Shown: piece after piece, positions 1 through 9,000 of the stretch
Numbering within the stretch: the first letter of the stretch is position 1
How the letters are laid out: every line of letters starts with the position of its first letter
Origin: a virus
Length of the DNA: 64,000 bases
Reading direction: 5' to 3' (one strand)
Virus record (IMG/VR): IMGVR_UViG_3300048583_000222
Location: 11,766-75,765 of that record
The notes under the pieces: model-generated
What the model saw: the letters and a program-made list of their open reading frames with translations, nothing else
What the model was told of the DNA's origin: nothing
Database searches by the model: none
Translations under genes and position numbers: made by a program

Positions 1-1
1 T

Positions 2-3000
2 GGAATTGTTAATTGTCTCTTTTTGTTGTTCAAGTGCTGATATGATCTTGTTTAGTTCTGCAGATAGCGACTTGGGCTTTTTGGGGTTACCTTGTGTAAG
101 TGCTTTAGGGTTAGCATGTACAATAATGTTCACACCCTCACGCTCTGTCTTGATCTGCAGTCTCTCTTCCAGTACCTTTGCTGCCTTGGCTGCTTCCACC
201 TCATTGCGGAATGTCCATGGACCAGGTGTACCGTCTGCTACTGTAGCGGATGCCGCAAGCAGCATGGAATTAGCCTGTAGGTTTACAGTCTTCGGATTGG
301 CAGGATGCAATATGTACAGGTGTTCCTTTGTACGGGATACGGCCGTGTACATACCATTCATCACTTCCTTATCGGAGAACTTGTGCTGAGCAGGACCGAT
401 GAAGTTGTACTCATGTACGAACACGTGGTTGTACGTGGAGCCCTGACTTTTATGGGACGTCACCGTATAGGCAGGTTCGATGTCCACAATAAGCTTGGAG
501 AGGGCTTCCATCATAGCTACGTACTTGGGATAGGCCAGAAAGTCTGCTCCTCCCGACATGCCACGCAGGTCCGCGGGAATGTTGAATCCCCCGTTTACGT
601 ACCGGTTCGGTTCGCCTTTGCGTTTATCACCTTCAATGCGGTTCTTGATCTCGTAGTACGTATCCTTGGTAATGCCTTGGGTTTCCACTACAATGTTCTC
701 CAGCTCACTGCCAAGGTCGAACTTGTAGTCAAATCCAGGCAGGTCGACTTTTACTGCAAACCATGGTTCGCCATCCCTGTCCAGTGCCACTGTGTCTTTG
801 GTTACGCGTCCGGGAACTACAGATTCCACAATGACACGCTGCATGTTGAAGAAGTCTGCCTTGGCCTCAAGTTCACCTAAGCGCTGAGCAGTTTCCGCAC
901 TGAGTCTTGTGGGTTCATGCGCACTGTTGAATATCGCAATGTCTCCTGCACTGATCTTGGTGCTAGTAGCGATTGCTTCGCCGAAGCGCTTGGTGCGTAC
1001 CATCAGGTTGAACTCTTCCCGTACCTTGTTGGTACTCACGATCATCAAGGCATTTTTCGGATTCTTCATGTCTTTGCTGAGCTCGTTCATGAAGCTGTTG
1101 AAGAAGTCTTCCCGGCTGCTGAGATAGCTTACATTCTCAGAACTTACCCTGTTAGGGAATGCCACTACCGGGAACTTATATGTACCAGTACCTGCCCGTA
1201 CACCGTCGATAGCGGCTCTGTACGCATTCAGTACGGTTACGACATCTGCTTTGTTGGTACGCATGTTCTGCGTCAGGGAGATGCCTGCCGTGTTGATGTA
1301 CTCCCGAAAAGGCAGCGAATCGTTGACCTGGCCTACGGGTGTAAGCTGTGCATAGTCTCCCATGAAGATGACCACCGCATTGTCTGGCGCATCTTGCTTC
1401 AGGTAGTTCATCAGTGTGTCATCGAGCATGGATGATTCGTCAACTACGATGATACTGCTGCTGCGAAGTGGCTTCTTGAACTTGCCACGTTTCTGCTCGA
1501 ACACGTCTGTACCTGTCTGCATGGACTTGATTGCATTGCGCTTAAGGTCCAGTTGCGCATGTATGGTGTCGACCTTTGCATTGGGCAAGGTCTCTTTTAC
1601 CTTTCCCAGGGCACTCTTCAGTTCCACAATAGCGTTGTGTGATGGAGCTGTGATCACCATCTTACGATCGGCAAACTCAGCCAGTACCTTGCGCAGGATA
1701 GTCGTCTTACCTGTACCACCCGCACCAGAGAGTACGAACACGCGCTGTTCGAATGGGATGTTCTCTCCTGCCATAAGCTTGCTGTCCACATCCCCGATGA
1801 ACGCTGGTATGCGGTCGATAGCCTCACGCTGCTTCTCATTGGCAAATACGCCCGGGAACAGTTCGTAGCGAGACATACCTACCTCTGGTTTATTTTCAGC
1901 AGGCTTCTTCCCAATCTTGGGGAATACGGGAGGTTGCCCTGGAATGATCGTATACTCGGTACCGTCCTCTATCCATGGTACGCTGTCCTCGTCTTCTTCG
2001 GGTTTACCGTAAAGACCCAGTACCTCGCTGATGGCTTTCTGACGCACCGGTTCTGGCATGCCATGCATGAAACTGTCGTGTACCTTGACTGCCACACCAT
2101 CGGCTCGTACACCTACGATTACATCTCGGTCGTTATATTCTACTGTACCGGCCGTGAGGATCTCGGTGACACCGCCCTGTTTCATCACGTGGATGATGTG
2201 CGGCAGCGCTTCTGCGAGTACAGAGTCGTGCTTGACGGGCTCTCCGATCATGTTGGCAATGTTGTTGAACAGGGTGTTCAGAAAATCCCACACTGCTTCC
2301 AGTACAGAGCGCTCTCCGTCATACTTCATGTCGTTGAGAATCTTCATGGTCTCGGCGTTCGTCGTCGCGTGTGCAACAAACTCGTGCGGACTGGATGCCC
2401 AGTACTCGCCTTCATGTCCCTTGCGTGCAAACTCCCAAAGCTTGACGATATGGCGTGCAGATTGCATGACAGGATCATTGTAGTCGAAGTGCTTTTCGAA
2501 AACGCTGGTACTCTCCCCTTTAGTCCTGCGATACGCAAACTCTATCATAGGTAGTGTAGCCCAGTGCATCAGCTCGTGTACAAAGGTCTCCTGAACCCCC
2601 GCAGCTGCGTCAGGTCGTAAAGATGCCCCCGGAGTAACTTGCTGAAGTATAATACTGTTCTCAGGCAGCAAGTAAGCCGGTCTGCCGGAAGCAAATCCGA
2701 TCTGCAGTCGTCCAGAACTGTTTGGTCCTCTGTTAGCGGAGGTCCTGTCATAGGTAATCTCCTCTATCAGGTCCTGGAATTCCTGGCTGCCGCTGAAGTT
2801 GTGCAACTCCGTGAGCAGGGTGTGGTACACGCCCGGGAGGGTACCGCTGTTGAGCATATGCGGGATGATGGTGTCGTTGATGTCCTCGACCTCAGATACT
2901 TCCTTGGTGATGCCCAGCACTTGGGTGTAGATCGGGTGCACATTGGAATTCTGCTCGATCTCCACCGGACGCTGCCCATTGGGGACCACAGTGTTGCCTT

Positions 3001-6000
3001 CACGAAGTACGGCCGGTGCCTGGTTATCTGCTACCTGCCAGTCCAGATTGAATGCACGGTTATCGGTCACGATGGAACGGTGAGTAGGTTCGGTGAGGTT
3101 GTACTCATCACTCATCCTGTTGCCAAGCGTGTCTATGCGCGCATACTGAATGCCCGCCTCTTCATTTTCCGTAAGCTTCTTGTACAGTACCACATCACCA
3201 CTCTCCGTACGATGGGAGATGTACGGTGTGAAGTACTTCTTGATGCCTATGGTTACGATATATTTCTGCTGCTCTGCTGTAGGCCCGAGGTCCGGATCAG
3301 GATACGGGAAAGAGAAGAACTCAGGTACCCCTTCATAGGTACGACCCGTTTCCTTGAATCCTGTATCTATGGAGATGGCTTTCTCGGGGTTGTGCCTGAA
3401 CCACTGCTCGGTGAACACCCCGCTACTCAGCATGGAGTCCATGTTATTCTGCGCAGACTGCAATACGTTGAACCAGTTGGTCGCAGCCAGGTATCCAAAG
3501 GGTACATAGCGTACAAAGCTTTGGGCATCCTGTACGCCTCCGGTGAGGAATGCATAGCGGACCAGATCTTCCCCCAGCATGCGTACATTCTTATCCGGAC
3601 TGAGCAACAGGTCCAGCCAGGCCCGTACGTTCTCGGCATCGTCCATCCGTGTTACCTTGGCGGCGATGAAGTTCACCGAATGCGGGTCAAGTCCGTTACC
3701 CAGATCTGTATGCAGACGAGAGAGGAAGAAGTTGTTCTTGCCCCAGCTCAGCTGCGCTTCTGCTACGCGCTCTGCCAGTGATGGTCCATTTTCAGTAGCG
3801 TAGTACAGTCGTGCGCGTTCGGCAGTGATGTCTTCCACGCCCAGTGCCTGTCGTACGGCTTCGCTGTATACATAGGAACGTATGCCCTTCATCACGCTCT
3901 TCTGAATCTCCTCACTGATCTGGGTCATCGATTTACGATTCGTGTAGGACTTGATATGGGTCAGTGTGTGCAGGTACACTTGGCTATGCGGCAGGTAATT
4001 GTCGAATAGGGATAGTGCCAGTGAGTTCACGGTATCGAACAGGAATCCTTTCTCTCCACTTAGCAGGTCATTACCCCCGAGGATGACATCAGGTCCCAGT
4101 ACGATCCCTGCTTTCTCATCCTTGTCAATGACCTTGAACAAGCTGCCATCAGTACCCTTCACGTCTTGTGTGGTCAGTGCAGCCATCTCACTCATTCTTG
4201 TACCCACTGCATGGAATTCCTGGAATGCCCTGAGGATATCGCGTTGTGCCAGATAGTACTCACGCGTGTTCTTTGGCTTGTTGGCCATGTCAAGCAACTC
4301 TTTGGCGGTATATGCCTTGGCTTGTACCGGCTCTCCTTCTCCGATCTTCTTGCTAATCTCAGTGTAGAGCTGGTCGAATACGGACTGCTCGAGGTTAGGT
4401 ACATATCCGCTCAGCATATCCTGTCCGCGTTCCATCAGCAGATTGAATTGCCTGATGATGGGTTGGGACAACATGCGACTCACATAGGTGGTATTGACTG
4501 CTTTGCCTTCCTCAGTCTCGAGAGAAAGGATACCTGCAGCAGCCGGGTAAGTGTGCACAGTCAGGTTAATTTTATCGATCGTACGGTGCTTGGCGTGGTC
4601 AAGGAACTCCTGCAGCATAATGTTGATGTTGTCCATCTTCGTACGAGTCTCTGGAATTCCACTGGCGGGTACATAGACTGAAGTACCATAGCCAGACAGA
4701 TTCACCAATGATATCACACCGTCTTCGTCTTTGAAGATTTCAATAGGCGTTGGTATTTCTACCATCTCCTTGGTTTCTTCATTGTACTCCATAGTACCCA
4801 ACTTGAGGTCAAGGTGCTGGATGGTGGCGAGAAACTGATTGGTCTGTGCACCAAAGCCTACCAGGCTCTTGGCATCTTTCTGTGAAATGAAATCAGCCAA
4901 CTGACTGCTGGCCCCAAAGAAGTTACCCACGGCAGATGGTTTGGCCAGTTTCTTGGCTTCATCCTTAAGGTCAGGCTTGTCCAGCGGACTCATCATGACC
5001 GGGTACACGGAAGCTGCAGTGAGTATCTTGAAGTGCAGGTCAAAGTACTCCGCCATGATGCCGTCTGTCGCGGAAGCTGCTTTGTCGGTTATGGTATAGG
5101 GGCGACGATAGACGAAGAGTTTATCTACGTCAAAGTCAGACCCCATCTGTGTCGTGATGCCGGGAGGTACGATGATGGCGTCTCCCATATTATCAGGCAG
5201 AAAGCCGACGATCTTCATCGGGAGCATCGTGTTGTGCTTCGAAGTCGGGATACGGATACCAACCATCTCGAGTACTTCCAGGGGAAGCCTGGACATGTCC
5301 AGTGTACCATCCTCCAGCAGGAACTCGGTGATGACCATCTTCTGCCCGTCTTGGAAGAAGTGGAAGGGCACCAGTATCTCGGCCGGGGTCACCGTACCAT
5401 CTTCATTGAGTACAGGCATGCGCAACTCACGGGAGCCGTCATAGCCAGGTACCCAGGTTATTCCTGCGGTGGCGCCCAGTCCGGTGAGCATCCGGGTGAT
5501 ACCTACTGACGAGGCCTGTACGTATGACTTGCCCGGTACCTTGGTCTTCACCACGCCATCGATCATGCTCATCATGAGGTTGTGCAGTGGATCGGACAGT
5601 GAGGTGAAGAACAGTGGTGATATGGGACGGCCGTCTACCAGATGGGTGAGCGGAGCGAGTTCATTCTCTGAATAGCTTTTCTTCTTGCCCTCATCAATGA
5701 GACGCTTGATGAACTTGGCCGGATTGCGGAACCTGAACTTACCCTCGATCGCTTCGATGTCCAGTTCCTCTTTGAACTCCTCGATGTTCTCCTGTACCAT
5801 TTGGATACGAAGCGCTTCTTTTTTCTCCCGGATGTTGTCCCTGTTGTAGGTCTGCCCATCCATCAGCGTTACACTGAAGTTCTCAGGCAGGTCAGATACA
5901 ATAAGCTTGTTGGCCTGTGAGAAGATCTGGATCATGTCCTTGTTACGATCATAAGGTACTTCCTGCTGGATGCGGAATCCTTCGCGACTCAGGCGCTGTA

Positions 6001-9000
6001 CCGGCGCGAATTCTATGCTGTTGTAGTTGCCGTTCTTACCAAATGCCTGGAAGGGTTTGCCTGCACCGATCTTCTTGGCGGATATGAATTGTGCCCGGCG
6101 AATGCCGCGCTTCTCCATGTCCTTTCTCAGCTTATCCAGTTCTGTGCCGGCAGTGAAGCCAGCGTACAGTGGGATAGCAGAACTCTTCACGTAGTCATGC
6201 AACAGGGCACCGCGATCCACATTGGGACGCTTGCCATAGTACACGGGCTTGGTGATCTGCAGGGCAATGCGCTCGTGCCCTGCTCTGGTAAACTTTGCGA
6301 AGTTCGGGTCACGTACCAGTGCGATCATTTCATTGTACGTATCCTCGGCGAGCATGCCGAAGCGGAACATCACATCCAGATGCTCTTCCATGGTGACAAA
6401 TTCCTGTGCATCCGTTACGTTCACATCTTTGTATGCAGGTATGCCCTTGATGTAATCCAGCGCTACCGTGTAATCATCCAGTACAATGATATCATAGTAC
6501 ATCTGCTCGGCAGTCCACTCGGTTTCTTTTCCCGGAGCGATGGGGCCGGCCAAACGTTTCTCGTACTCGATGAGGGTGTCAGCTACTGACTTCTTGTACA
6601 CTTGTGCCGGGTCTCCGTACAGGAGCTGAGCCATGGATGTGTTGACCAGGAATGCGTTCATCGCGTAGTTCATCGCCACGAATTCAGAGAGTGCTTTGAG
6701 GTACGTTGGACGATCCACCCGTCGCTTATCGACTATGTACACATCCTTGCGTGACACGCTGATCCCGGCTTGGGTATTGGCTACCTCTTTGATGTAGCGC
6801 TCATTGAACAAGTGTTTGCCAGTAGTCATGTCGACCATGCCGGCTTCGTTGAACTTGCGCAGCTGTATGGCGGTCTCTTCTGTAATAAACTCGTTGAGCA
6901 TTCGCTTCACCAGCTTGTCGAAAGCTTCTGTTCCTTTTCCAGGTGCATTGATGACACCGTCGCTGATCCATATGGTGCCCAGTTCCTCTTCAGTGATTTC
7001 TCCGGCATCCCTTCTCGCCTTCATGTTGGCGTAGTTGAACTGCGGCATCATGAAGAAAAACTTCTTACCCTGCTCGTACTGCTGATGGTCATCGTATATG
7101 TGTTCAGCACTGTTGGCGATCCTGTCGAATTCACTTTCAAACACGCTGTACAGTCTTTCCATCAGTACCAGTGAAGGCTTTCCTACAGCACCGGTCGGTG
7201 TACGCGGGATGTTCATGAACACTGGTGTACGGGACTTGTCCGAGTGTGTAAGGCTCACGTAGTGGGACGATTCCCATCCATTGTTCATGTACATACCCAA
7301 GGCCATGAAGAGCTGGTCACGATCCGACATGTCAGTCCGCTCAGAGGCCGCTTTTCCCTTCATTTTCTTCAATCCCTCCAAATACAGCAGGTCGGCTTTC
7401 CTTCTGCTGGATGGATCATTCTCCCATACCTGCAGCAGCCAGTTGTTTCTGGCAAAGTCCGTATTTTTCAGCTGCTCTCTGTACACTCCTGACTCATCGA
7501 CCAGGTCCAGGAAAGCATTGCTGAGGTAACTGTTCAGGATGTAGTCCCACACATTGTTCCCGGCAAGGTCACGGTGCGAGCTGTTGTATAGCATGTCAGC
7601 ATGTCGTACGTAGATGCGACTGAGCATGTTCATGGTAGTATTCTCGGAGTACAGTGGATTGTTCTTCTCCAGCGTATTTTCAATGCCCTCCTCATCTTTT
7701 GTATTGAGCAGTTTAAGCAGGAACATGGAGAAGATACCATTACCTCCCCCGTCTTTTTTCTCAGACCACTCTTTGATTAGCATTTCCTCCCCAGACTTGT
7801 ACAGGGTCTCGTACATTATAGGTGTGAGCATGATGCCGTTGTACTCAAACATCTTGGTGACCAGCTCCTTGGCTGCCTTGAAATAGATACTCCGCAGTTT
7901 TGCAGCTCCTGGTCCTTTAGCTCCTTCTATCCTGCGCTGGTTCTTTGCTTTCAGCTCCTCATAGTCTGCCTTCAGTTCATCTACCTTAGCAGGGTCAATG
8001 ATATAGTAACCAGACTCTGTACGCTTCACCATAGGAGAACGCTTCTGGGCTTGCTTCCAGTTTTCCAGAACAAGCTTGCGGGCGGAGTATATGTTGGCAT
8101 TGATCGTACGTATCTCTGCGTTGTCGTCCCAGAGTTTGTACTGGATCAGTGCGTACTGTGTGTAGGACTTGGTCATCACGGTGACGAATTCCCGGCGAAT
8201 CTGTTCTGGGGTGGTGGAACTCTTCAAGCGCTGAGCCAGCTTGCGCAGGACAGGACTTCCGGATTCCAGTATTTCCATGTACTTGTCGAAGGAAGGTTTC
8301 GTGTTGGCGAGCATACCCGTGACGTTATCGTATAGGTTCTCCAGTTCAGCAAGGGTAGGGGTACCAATAAAAGAGGGTATGTTGACCAGACCACGCTCCT
8401 CTACAAACGGTACGATCTCCAGCAGCACATCGCCTTCCTTGGCTTCGTGTTTCTCCGCAGCGATCGCTGTGCCATCCGGACCAGTGCGCATGAAGTCCAG
8501 GTTCTCACGCTGATCACCTTCATTGTATTCCTTGGCTTCCTGTGCCGTCATGGGTTTTACTGGGCGAACCACATACCACGTGTCTCCAAGCTTGATGCTC
8601 CCGGAGTCCCCGGGTTTCAGGGAAAGGCCGATGTCGGCGAGCTGTTTTGGCGTGCGGACCGAGTACTTGCGGGTACCGTCAAGGATCTGCTGTATGTACA
8701 CATGCCCCAGCGGCAAGCCGATCACCTTGGGCTTGAGCAGAGGTCCTTCTTCCACATTCTCAGTAGCTGCTATGTAGAGCTTCAACCTGCCCGATGCCGT
8801 AGCTTTTGGGTCCAGGGTGAAGATCAGGTCATTGAAGTTCTCAATCGCCTTGGCTTCCGTGGATACAAGCTCGCCGTCAGTGAGCTGGTCTGTAGCCCCG
8901 TTGCTATCCAGTTCGTTGACCTTGATGCCATAGATGGCCAGACGACGAATGGTAGCCTTCATCAAATATTTCAGGGAGTACAATACATCCTCCATGTTGC

